A stretch of DNA of 64,000 nt. Origin: an uncultured virus (IMG/VR IMGVR_UViG_3300035698_029539) (lineage: Duplodnaviria > Heunggongvirae > Uroviricota > Caudoviricetes). Where the stretch lies: the IMG/VR virus record IMGVR_UViG_3300035698_029539, one strand, 5' to 3'. The translations under genes were made by a program, and so were the position numbers. Below, piece after piece: positions 18,921 through 27,326 of the stretch. Position 1 is the stretch's first letter. The number at the start of each line of letters is the position of its first letter. The notes beneath the pieces were generated by a model. It was not told where the DNA came from and ran no database searches. It worked only from the letters and a program-made list of their open reading frames with translations.

Positions 18921-19859
18921 TTATGAGATTTTTGCCACGGACAATTCATCAACACTCATCTTTTTACTGATGCCTAAACTCTCAATGTCCCTATACCTAT
19001 TCCGTATAGTTACCTCAGTCACCGATGCAACTTGGCTTATATCCTTCTGTGTCCGCTTTTCATGGTTGATTTGACACGACATATAAATACTCGCCGCAGT
19101 CATACCCAAAGGACCACCCTTGATAAGCCTCGCCTCTTCACATTTTTTCAGAATTTTCTTGGCAGTGTCGCAAGTAATATTCGCTAAATGTAACTCAGAA
19201 CAAAACCTGTCAACATAATTTTCTGCCGTGGAAGGCTGATAAAATAAATTTAAAGATGAAGCCATAAATCTATAAACTCGACCAATATCCTTTTTACTAA
19301 TTCTCGTATGCCGAGCTATTTCATCCAAAGTCCTCGGTACAGAATTGGAACGACAAGCAGCGTAAATACTTCCAGCGACAACCGCTATTATACTTCTGCC
19401 CCTGATGAGATTCTTTTTTACCGCCTTACGATATATCATACACGCACTTTCACGAATCAATCTCGGTAATCCTAACTTACTGGATATCTTGTCAATCTCC
19501 GTAAAAGCATAAGTCAAATTACGCTCAGTCGCATTGGATATCCTTATTCTCCTCTGCCATTTCCTGAGCCTGTGTATTCGACCCTTATCTCCCCTAATAA
19601 TTCCACCAGCACCATCCCTATTCCCATATGAAATTTCAGTTGATAACCCCTTGTCATGTAACATTATATTACTTTTCGAACCAATATGAGACTTCTGCTT
19701 TGCATCTTCACTATCATATATTCTGTATTCTGGATGCTCAAAATCAATACATCCATCTTCTATTACAACACCACAATCAGAACAATAATATTCTGCCCTA
19801 TCAGAATCCTTAATCACTTTGGTGCAAGCACAATCAGGACACACCATTGTTTCAGTCAT
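18921..19859 (-). CDS. tfb: Archaeal transcription initiation factor IIB
   Basis: Zn ribbon CPDC/CSDC, PEYR, HDKGLSTEI, RLRKWQRR, ERNL, IRGRS, PRTLDEI, TQKDI..VTEVTIRNRY. Confidence 0.96.
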   Translation of the reverse strand: MTETMVCPDCACTKVIKDSDRAEYYCSDCGVVIEDGCIDFEHPEYRIYDSEDAKQKSHIGSKSNIMLHDKGLSTEISYGNRDGAGGIIRGDKGRIHRLRKWQRRIRISNATERNLTYAFTEIDKISSKLGLPRLIRESACMIYRKAVKKNLIRGRSIIAVVAGSIYAACRSNSVPRTLDEIARHTRISKKDIGRVYRFMASSLNLFYQPSTAENYVDRFCSELHLANITCDTAKKILKKCEEARLIKGGPLGMTAASIYMSCQINHEKRTQKDISQVASVTEVTIRNRYRDIESLGISKKMSVDELSVAKIS

Positions 19860-19883
19860 ATTTCACTACCTATCACTATATAG

Positions 19884-19892
19884 TATTTAATA
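19884..19892 (-). promoter_or_regulatory. TATA box of tfb
   Basis: TATTAAATA 25 nt upstream of ATG 19859. Confidence 0.75.
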
Positions 19893-19955
19893 GTTACGTT
19901 TTCTTAAAATATATCGACCTCAACAAATAAATACATATAACACAATTTCACGGCA

Positions 19956-20201
19956 ATGACCAATGAATCAGAATTAATTCAGAAAATAGATTTCAACAAA
20001 AAATATGACGGCAAAACATTCAACGAATTAGCAACAGCTTTTCAAATGGCAATTCTCATCAATAAAATGCATGAAGTCATAGATGAAGTTAATAAACTTT
20101 CAATGAAAATTGCCGTCAGTAAAACAAAGAAAAAACAAAAATCTGATACCAAATATTATAAATTAAATTCACCAGAAAAGCTTAAAAACGCCTTTTTATG
20201 A
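19956..20201 (+). CDS. Hypothetical protein divergent from tfb
   Basis: 81-aa ORF with AATAAATA box ~23 nt upstream. Confidence 0.55.
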   Translation: MTNESELIQKIDFNKKYDGKTFNELATAFQMAILINKMHEVIDEVNKLSMKIAVSKTKKKQKSDTKYYKLNSPEKLKNAFL

Positions 20202-20480
20202 TTCAAGCATAAAAATCAGGTCACGTTTTCCTGCATAAATTTTTATGCCTTGGTATATCCACCACGTTGGCATCCAACAGAATAAAATCATAATCCAACC
20301 AAATATAGAAATCCAAAAAGTGCAACCAACAGCTATAATTATACCTATAAGTACCAAAGCCATGCATACTATAACCATAACTATCAGCAGAGCAACAACA
20401 ATAACCTTCTGAATATATTTTTCGTTTTTTTCATAGTTCTTCCTGAACTGCATCCAATCAGGTATCCATTGTATTGCCAT
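20196..20480 (-). CDS. Small membrane protein
   Basis: Two hydrophobic helices. Confidence 0.6.
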   Translation of the reverse strand: MAIQWIPDWMQFRKNYEKNEKYIQKVIVVALLIVMVIVCMALVLIGIIIAVGCTFWISIFGWIMILFCWMPTWWIYQGIKIYAGKRDLIFMLES

Positions 20481-20540
20481 ATAATTACCATCTTGAGTAA
20501 ATGAGTAAATGTTTTACACCAAAAAAAATTAGAGAGTCGT

Positions 20541-20675
20541 TTAATTACAAATGTCCCAACAAAAAGGCATTACATCTTCAGGCTCTACTTCAAAACCAAG
20601 TTCTTTTAGCTTTGGTAATATAGCATCAAGAACAGCATCGGGCGTTACAGCCGTTTTTTGCACTTCATCTTTCAT
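20541..20675 (-). CDS. 44-aa hypothetical protein
   Basis: Manual translation MKDEVQKTAVTPDAVLDAILPKLKELGFEVEPEDVMPFCWDICN fills the gap. Confidence 0.5.
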   Translation of the reverse strand: MKDEVQKTAVTPDAVLDAILPKLKELGFEVEPEDVMPFCWDICN

Positions 20676-20695
20676 GCATCCCTATAACTGCATGA

Positions 20696-21307
20696 TTATT
20701 TAAATAGTTTTTTGATGAATCTCACAGCTATTACTATTCCTATAAATCCAAACAGCACATACGCCACATATTTCAATGGTATCATACCGCTTATAAAGTC
20801 CGAAAAATAAGCCATACCAACACATCCCACAAATGCCCCAAGAATAATTGCCAACAAAGTATGCCTTCCATTCAAACCAATGCTCCTACCAAATATAAAC
20901 CCGCCAACGCCTCCCGAACCACGAGAAGGGAATATTACAAATAAAATCGTCAGCAAGAATGCCAATTTCCGTAAAAATGGCTTCCTATCGAAATATTCAG
21001 TATTCTTTTTTTCAAATTTTGTAATCCAATTACCAACATAAGGTATATTTTTGGAATATTCGAAATTGTGATGCAAAAACACAGCAACCACAACATCAAT
21101 CTGAGCAACACATATCCCAACCAGTAAAGGATGCAAATCGTAATGAACAACAGCCAAAGGAATAATGCTTTCTTTGCCAGCTACAGGAACCAAATATATT
21201 CCTATTACCTTAGTTATATAAATAAAATCTTCTCGCACAAAAATTAATAACGTCAAAATAATCAAAAATTCAGCAACTATCGGTGACAAAAACCATCGTA
21301 ATTTCAT
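20696..21307 (-). CDS. Small multidrug-export-like membrane protein (Sm_multidrug_ex-like)
   Basis: GKESIIP, LFVIFP..GSGGVGG, multiple TM helices; ATG 21307 sits ~24 nt below TTTATAAA. Confidence 0.7.
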   Translation of the reverse strand: MKLRWFLSPIVAEFLIILTLLIFVREDFIYITKVIGIYLVPVAGKESIIPLAVVHYDLHPLLVGICVAQIDVVVAVFLHHNFEYSKNIPYVGNWITKFEKKNTEYFDRKPFLRKLAFLLTILFVIFPSRGSGGVGGFIFGRSIGLNGRHTLLAIILGAFVGCVGMAYFSDFISGMIPLKYVAYVLFGFIGIVIAVRFIKKLFK

Positions 21308-21340
21308 CGTACCTATATACCCCTGCAACTTTTATAAAGT

Positions 21341-22012
21341 TTAATATGTAAATTTTATTTTTTCATGCTGTGGATAAGTCGGACCACAAGTAGTATATAT
21401 TTTCCCCTTTGATTCCCATTTCGCCTGTAGCTTTTCTTGATTTTCTTTGAGCTGCCCATCCCCCGCAGAAGCACCATGCGACTCGTGATATATACCTATG
21501 TTAGTAACATATGAAGTCAATCCAAGCTCAGTAATCGCAATGGAATAATCACATCCATAACAATGCCATCCGTCAAAAGTTTTCTCGTCAAATTTTATTT
21601 TATCAAAAACAACCTTCGGAGTAACCAAAATCAGTTCATCTATTGTCTGCACAGGCAAAAGCTTCGCATTGAAATTGTAACTCTGATTACAAACACCACA
21701 ATAAATTTTATGTGGAGTCGCACCAGCACAGCCTACCGCACCGATGGATTTGTTAGCCCTCAGAATAGTATACATATCATCAAGCCATCCAAATATATGT
21801 AATCTAATATCCTGATGAGCGAATATCAAATATTCGCCTTTTGCACGAGCCGCACCAAAATTCAAAGCAGATGATGCAGATTTGAAATAATTTTTTCGAT
21901 TGTCTATAAATATTGTTTCAAAATCCTGACAAGTCTGCTGCTTCAGAGTAGAGCCAAGCCATTCAGTAAGAATATCCAAATCGTTGAATACGCAAATAAT
22001 ACTGAATTTCAT
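21341..22012 (-). CDS. GT2-like glycosyltransferase
   Basis: FSIICVFN, LNFGA..AKGEYLIFAHQDI, FDGWHCYGCDYS. Confidence 0.85.
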   Translation of the reverse strand: MKFSIICVFNDLDILTEWLGSTLKQQTCQDFETIFIDNRKNYFKSASSALNFGAARAKGEYLIFAHQDIRLHIFGWLDDMYTILRANKSIGAVGCAGATPHKIYCGVCNQSYNFNAKLLPVQTIDELILVTPKVVFDKIKFDEKTFDGWHCYGCDYSIAITELGLTSYVTNIGIYHESHGASAGDGQLKENQEKLQAKWESKGKIYTTCGPTYPQHEKIKFTY

Positions 22013-22077
22013 TCTTCAACGCCTCAAAGGGCAGAAAGTGAGAAACCTAATAAACATACTCTGATAAATCATTTTTG

Positions 22078-23043
22078 CTAAGGAGTCCACAAAAAAGCAC
22101 GATTATTAATCCATTTCGCAACTTCTTCCACATTATATCTGTCATCAACCCATAACCAACCAGTAAGACGAATCCAATTTTTCTTGGTATCTTCAAGCTC
22201 AATAAATGTTTTGCCCCTCGGCGTATCCTTCCATTCACCATCATTAGGCAAAACTAAAAATGATACTTTTCTAATATTAAAAATACCCTGCCATTTTTCA
22301 GGCTTCAGTAATTTCATTTCCCTAATCATAAGACCATAACCACTCCCCGGCTCATCCTTCCAATTGCCATCGCTTCTCTTCCTAAACCATAAATCATCTT
22401 CCAATTTATAATCAACCACTTGCCAACTCTTTGGAGCTATCACCCAATACCTATTATTTCTAAAATATACATCAGAATTTTTATAACCCAATTTTCGCAA
22501 TTTTTGATTTTCTTCATGCGCAGGCTCTTTATGCTCATAACTCCTTCGAATTGTTCCAGACAAAGAAAGACCTATGATAATTTTATTCGGATTTTTAGCA
22601 ATATCCTTCTCCCACTCATGAACAGCACCAGTCAAAGTATCTATATCAAGAAAACCATAACGGTTTTTACTCCTAAAAACCGTGGGAAAAACCCGCCCCG
22701 AAGATGAGCCAAATTTTTGAATCGGTGGTTTAGACAACACATCATATTTCCAAAGATTTGCCAATACCTTCTGCCAACTATCCTGCTTCAAAGAAATACG
22801 ATTATCAGCAACATTTCCATATTGTACATCATCCCATTTCATAGGCTCCCAGCCCATCATCCTCATCACAAATATTCTAAATTCGTTTGGGATTCTATTA
22901 CCACCTGAATAATCTTTTACCAACAATACAATATAAGGTCTCTTGCCCGTTCGGCTTTTGGTACGTCGAAAACCCGCCCACCCGTTGAAACAGACCCATA
23001 CTTCTCTTGACCAACTTTGTATTTGTAATATATATACTTCCAA
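22078..23043 (-). CDS. C-terminal part of the modular polyprotein-like gene (-1 frame)
   Basis: Contains the same GRVFPTVFxxKNRYGFLDI linker as the upstream giant ORF and overlaps it. Confidence 0.7.
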   Translation of the reverse strand: MEVYILQIQSWSREVWVCFNGWAGFRRTKSRTGKRPYIVLLVKDYSGGNRIPNEFRIFVMRMMGWEPMKWDDVQYGNVADNRISLKQDSWQKVLANLWKYDVLSKPPIQKFGSSSGRVFPTVFRSKNRYGFLDIDTLTGAVHEWEKDIAKNPNKIIIGLSLSGTIRRSYEHKEPAHEENQKLRKLGYKNSDVYFRNNRYWVIAPKSWQVVDYKLEDDLWFRKRSDGNWKDEPGSGYGLMIREMKLLKPEKWQGIFNIRKVSFLVLPNDGEWKDTPRGKTFIELEDTKKNWIRLTGWLWVDDRYNVEEVAKWINNRAFLWTP

Positions 23044-26000
23044 AACGCATCAAGGTCATCTTTCTCACCCCTTGGCGAACCACCAGCCAATCCAACCCTG
23101 AATCGTGGACCCATCTTGTTTTTTATAATTCCCTTAGAAGTCAAATTGCGTCTTAATGTTGAAACCACAGTAAATCCACTATTTGCCCTGTATGCTTCGA
23201 GGTCTACGTCATATTTCACCGACTCCCAACCACCCTTTTCAGTCGCATCAGCATCCAATTCCTTTCCCATTTCCATAATCATCTCTTCAACCGTTTTTTC
23301 TTCCCGAAATTTGGATATGTCTAAAAAACCATAACGAGTACCCTTTAAAAAAGGGTACGGCCCAAATTTATTGACCCGCCCCGATGAATACTTTTTAGAA
23401 TCTTTCCCGTGCCAATCCTTCCAATCCAAACTTTTACTGTAATTTCTCATTACTGTCTTGATGTCCTTTCCTTTACTAAATGCATCCTTAAGCTCAGCCT
23501 CGAAAAAACCCGTATTAAATTTCGAATGCGGAAGCGGTAAAAAATTTGATAGAGCTTCTGGAATATTCTTATGATTCCAAGCCGAAACCGTAATTTCCCC
23601 CTCCTCTCTGAAAACACCAACATAATGCTTATTTCCAAACACATCATCAGCCATAATAACCTGAGATTCAGGTTTAAAATCCATTTTGGATATATCCAAG
23701 AATCCAAATTTTTGTTTTCCACTAAAATAATAATTTTTAACCTCTTTGTGATTGAAATGACCAGCTTTCATTCGACCGTATGGAGTACTAAGCGACGTTT
23801 TATCCCTTATTAGAATATCATTATTCTTCATTAATATCATCGCATAGTATTTTGACTTCTTTTTTCCCTTCATTTTTGCCTTTATAAAAGCAATCTTATC
23901 GCCCCACGGACTGCTAACATTCGCCTTAGACAACTTCTCCTCAGCAACACGCACATTATCATTTTCACTCATATATATATTATAATCATCCGTTCCCCAT
24001 TCATTCTTAAAATCAACGACTTTCACATCAACAAATTCTGACTTCTTAACAAATCCTGCCTTTTTATTGCCCTTATCCCATATCTCACAATTGATATTCG
24101 GAGGTTTTTCAAGCAAATTCGCTTTACTTATATCCAAAAATGAATACTTTTTAGAATCTCTTTTTAAATGACCGACATTAGACGCAACTTTATCAAAAAA
24201 CTCATTAGATGAAACCGTCACATACACATCAGTACCCTCAAGCTTCTCAAAATACTTATTACCATCCATTGACAAACCATAAGCACCGCCCTCTAATACA
24301 ACCATATCCCCCGCCTGCAATTCTTTCGGTCCATCATCGAATTTATACCCAACCCTACTAATGTTCGATATTATTTCCTTTGTTTTTTCTATAATATCGT
24401 CTGTACTCGTTAATCGATGCAATGTTATCATCCTACCAATCACCGACTCAATCTCCGCATATGAATACCAGTTCTCCCAAAAACAAAAATCCCCACTATG
24501 AATAAGTTTTATATCCCTTTCGGCAGGAATAGGCACATTGGCTATATCCAAAAATCCATAACGGTTTTTCGGTCCAAAAACCGTGGGAAAAACCCCACCC
24601 GTTGCTCCATATTTTTCACTGGAATGCTTTTCAACAAGTCCATCTTTTTTTGGGTCAAAGCCTTTTTTAAAGGCTTTTCGTACCATCTCCCAAAGAGCCT
24701 TCACAGCCTGGTTTCTCGCCCCATTATAATAAGCGTCCACGCCTTCCACCTTATCATCGTCTATTCTTACCCACCATCTCCAGCCACGCTTACCAACCGT
24801 ATCAACGCCCGTATCAACCATTTTCATACTCTCTTTTTTCAATGCCTCTTTCGTAAATATGGTCAATTCACCTTTTACTCCCTGAGAATTAAATCTATCA
24901 ACCATCGTTTCCTTTAATAATTTTAAACCCTCAAAATAATCTATGCCCCTGATGGCATACCAAGTTCTCGAACCTTCAGGCCGAAAACAGAGATAGTACC
25001 TTTTTCTAAAAGGTTTATCGGGAACCCACCCCGTCTCAGAAGAATAATATTTTACTTGTGAAATTTTGGTCTTTTTATATAAAATATTGTTATCATTCAA
25101 TGTTTGCAATACCTTTTCCAAGTCCAAATCTGAAGCAATTGTCAAAAAATAATTGCCTTTAATCTCCCCTCCTCCTATATAATCCCCATAGCCAAATTTA
25201 TCATATAATATAGCCGTCGCCTTATTGAATATCGAAAAATTACCATAAAGAGGTATTGTTATTTTCAATGGAAATTTATCTTTTCCAGTATACAATTTTA
25301 TAGGCGTTTTATCTTTAGACTTCAAAATAGCATTAGTCGATAGTAAAATAAATTCATTAAACGCTTGTTCTGAAATGCTATACCAATACCCTTCATATTC
25401 AAAGAAATAACGGTCGCTATATATAAAAATAGGAATCTTGATATCATCAATATAAATAAATCCTTCCTTCGCCCCTTCAGCACTCACAAGCCAAGGCTTG
25501 CCAGGTCTTTTATTGACATCTATACTCTTAATCACTTTGTCAGAGCCAGGCAACGAAAATAATTTTTTTATTTTTCTTTTGGGTAATAAATTTGCTTTGG
25601 AAATGTCTAAAAAAGAATAACGGTTTCTCGTTCCATCTTTTTTTGGGTCATAGGCTATTTGCCCCGAATATTTTACAGCATAAGGCTTTTCATAGCTCAT
25701 GCCATTATCCCCCATTAGCTTCAATACTCGCTTCAAATCTGGGGTATCTATTTCTAAATCAAATCTTGTAACCGTTCCCTGTGGGAATTTTATATTCTCA
25801 ATTCCAGCGGCATTTAAAAAAACAAATATTTTAGATGTGTTTGTATTAACAAGAGGTATTGTTGTCCTCGATGGAAATTTTTCTTTTCCAGTATACAATT
25901 CGATATTTTTCGATTTTAAAATAGTATCCACTGACATAATCAAAAAATTTTGCAACGCATTCAATTCAATATTATACCAATTCCCCTCATATTTAAAAAC

Positions 26001-26274
26001 AAATCGGTCAAATAAACCCCTATCATCAACCGCTATAAAGAATTGAGTTCTTTCACCATTTAAAAAAATAACTACATTTTTAATTATATTTCCATCCTTC
26101 ATTTGCACCGCCAGAGGAAATTCTCTCTCCCAATACACCGGAACACTTCTTATTCCAAAACCAATCTCCGGAATCAAATATAATTTTCGTATGTGAGATT
26201 CTATCTTTAAATTAGAAATGTCTAAAAACCCATAACGGTTTTTCGTTCCAAAAACCGTGGCAAAAACCCGCCCC
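22660..26274. repeat. Intragenic palindromic repeat family at domain boundaries
   Basis: Hairpins at 22660-22683, 23338-23358, 24561-24584, 24658-24676, 24998-25014 and 26235-26258; most are followed on + by a GG-A-tract-CCCGCCC/CCCACCC-type flank. Confidence 0.85.
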
Positions 26275-26639
26275 GTATCATCTTTTTTGACACTCTGCAA
26301 ATCCCAAATCTTTTTAAATTTGTCTTTATAAATTTCGACATTCCCAAAAACGGCCATCGAATTAGTTTTTTTAAGACTTTTCTCCCACGTTATTTCTTTA
26401 TTTGAAAAGTCAGCATATGCGCTATCTGACATCCATTCCAATTCTTTCAAATCGTATAAATTCACAGAAAAAACTACTGGTAGAGGCTCATGCCCCAATT
26501 CTTCATCACTCACTGCACTTTCAAACGCATATTTTTTTGCCTCGTCCAAATCATCACTCAATGAAAGTAATGTTTCATCTTTGTTTATGTCATGCCAACG
26601 AAGTTCAGTTGTACCATGATATAATTTTAGATTGGACAT
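22917..26639 (-). CDS. Large modular (polyvalent-type) protein with N-terminal ART-like domain and repeated linkers
   Basis: ATG 26639 is 25 nt below TTTATATA; LYHGT..LSDDLDEAKKYA; six [KR][YF][GS]FLDI motifs separate domains. Confidence 0.85.
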   Translation of the reverse strand: MSNLKLYHGTTELRWHDINKDETLLSLSDDLDEAKKYAFESAVSDEELGHEPLPVVFSVNLYDLKELEWMSDSAYADFSNKEITWEKSLKKTNSMAVFGNVEIYKDKFKKIWDLQSVKKDDTGRVFATVFGTKNRYGFLDISNLKIESHIRKLYLIPEIGFGIRSVPVYWEREFPLAVQMKDGNIIKNVVIFLNGERTQFFIAVDDRGLFDRFVFKYEGNWYNIELNALQNFLIMSVDTILKSKNIELYTGKEKFPSRTTIPLVNTNTSKIFVFLNAAGIENIKFPQGTVTRFDLEIDTPDLKRVLKLMGDNGMSYEKPYAVKYSGQIAYDPKKDGTRNRYSFLDISKANLLPKRKIKKLFSLPGSDKVIKSIDVNKRPGKPWLVSAEGAKEGFIYIDDIKIPIFIYSDRYFFEYEGYWYSISEQAFNEFILLSTNAILKSKDKTPIKLYTGKDKFPLKITIPLYGNFSIFNKATAILYDKFGYGDYIGGGEIKGNYFLTIASDLDLEKVLQTLNDNNILYKKTKISQVKYYSSETGWVPDKPFRKRYYLCFRPEGSRTWYAIRGIDYFEGLKLLKETMVDRFNSQGVKGELTIFTKEALKKESMKMVDTGVDTVGKRGWRWWVRIDDDKVEGVDAYYNGARNQAVKALWEMVRKAFKKGFDPKKDGLVEKHSSEKYGATGGVFPTVFGPKNRYGFLDIANVPIPAERDIKLIHSGDFCFWENWYSYAEIESVIGRMITLHRLTSTDDIIEKTKEIISNISRVGYKFDDGPKELQAGDMVVLEGGAYGLSMDGNKYFEKLEGTDVYVTVSSNEFFDKVASNVGHLKRDSKKYSFLDISKANLLEKPPNINCEIWDKGNKKAGFVKKSEFVDVKVVDFKNEWGTDDYNIYMSENDNVRVAEEKLSKANVSSPWGDKIAFIKAKMKGKKKSKYYAMILMKNNDILIRDKTSLSTPYGRMKAGHFNHKEVKNYYFSGKQKFGFLDISKMDFKPESQVIMADDVFGNKHYVGVFREEGEITVSAWNHKNIPEALSNFLPLPHSKFNTGFFEAELKDAFSKGKDIKTVMRNYSKSLDWKDWHGKDSKKYSSGRVNKFGPYPFLKGTRYGFLDISKFREEKTVEEMIMEMGKELDADATEKGGWESVKYDVDLEAYRANSGFTVVSTLRRNLTSKGIIKNKMGPRFRVGLAGGSPRGEKDDLDAFWKYIYYKYKVGQEKYGSVSTGGRVFDVPKAERARDLILYCW

Positions 26640-26661
26640 GCTTTTATAAACCACAGTAAAA

Positions 26662-26677
26662 AATATATAAAAGTAAC
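26662..26677 (-). promoter_or_regulatory. Promoter GTTACTTTTATATATT of the modular gene
   Basis: Identical 16-mer at 16666-16681; TATA box 25 nt above ATG 26639. Confidence 0.6.
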
Positions 26678-26681
26678 TATT

Positions 26682-26804
26682 TTAATCAATATAATGATAC
26701 GCCTTCTTGTGGTTACGCAAAGCGTCATCAAGCAAAAACCAAAGACCACAAAGGTCACACTGAAATTCACCATCATGAATAATATCAGAATCAATCTCGC
26801 TCAT
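26682..26804 (-). CDS. 40-aa classical C2H2 zinc-finger microprotein
   Basis: Manual translation MSEIDSDIIHDGEFQCDLCGLWFLLDDALRNHKKAYHYID fits C-x2-C-x3-F-x5-L-x2-H-x4-H; TATA box 25 nt upstream. Confidence 0.75.
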   Translation of the reverse strand: MSEIDSDIIHDGEFQCDLCGLWFLLDDALRNHKKAYHYID

Positions 26805-26845
26805 ATAAATAAAAATATGGCGACTTAGTATTTATTAGTTACTAA

Positions 26846-27265
26846 TTACTCGCCCAAAATTATTACTTTTGCCGTTCTCCCCTTGTGATTTTTACAGTAT
26901 ATCCTTCCATCACCCGAAACCGTAGCCCTGAAAGTTTCTATTACATTATTGTCCACGTTTATCTCAATTGACTCGTTTATTAATGCCTCATTTCGCACAA
27001 TCAAATTCAGTTTAGTACCACGCTTGACAGTCGTATTATGACCATCCCTAACTATTATAGTGCAACTATCATTTTGAGCATAGTACATCTTCTCAAATTG
27101 AGCAAACATATCACTCCTAAAGTCTAAGGATTTACCATCCATAGCATAAGCAATCGCAACAAACGCCATCTTGTATATAAAATTAGATAACCCAAAATCT
27201 TTTATACCATCCACCATCAATTCTAACTCTGTCTTGATTTCCCCTATCCGACTCTCAATATCCAT
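26846..27265 (-). CDS. Hypothetical protein with possible DUF2080/AbrB-like C-terminus
   Basis: VSGDGRIYCKNHKGRTAKVIIL tail; TATA box 25 nt upstream. Confidence 0.6.
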   Translation of the reverse strand: MDIESRIGEIKTELELMVDGIKDFGLSNFIYKMAFVAIAYAMDGKSLDFRSDMFAQFEKMYYAQNDSCTIIVRDGHNTTVKRGTKLNLIVRNEALINESIEINVDNNVIETFRATVSGDGRIYCKNHKGRTAKVIILGE

Positions 27266-27289
27266 ACAATACCTATATATTCTTGTTTA

Positions 27290-27298
27290 TATTTAATA
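27290..27298 (-). promoter_or_regulatory. TATA box TATTAAATA
   Basis: 25 nt upstream of ATG 27265. Confidence 0.7.
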
Positions 27299-27326
27299 TT
27301 ATTGTATAAAAACCCTTTTAAAACCA

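Noticed and set aside
22960..22980. Canonical programmed -1 frameshift at GGGTTTT
   Set aside because: The heptamer is not in the X XXY YYZ phase of the upstream ORF; an indel explains it more simply
22640..26280. Repeats as a CRISPR array
   Set aside because: Spacing is hundreds of bp and irregular, the repeats are degenerate and in-frame, and no cas genes are present
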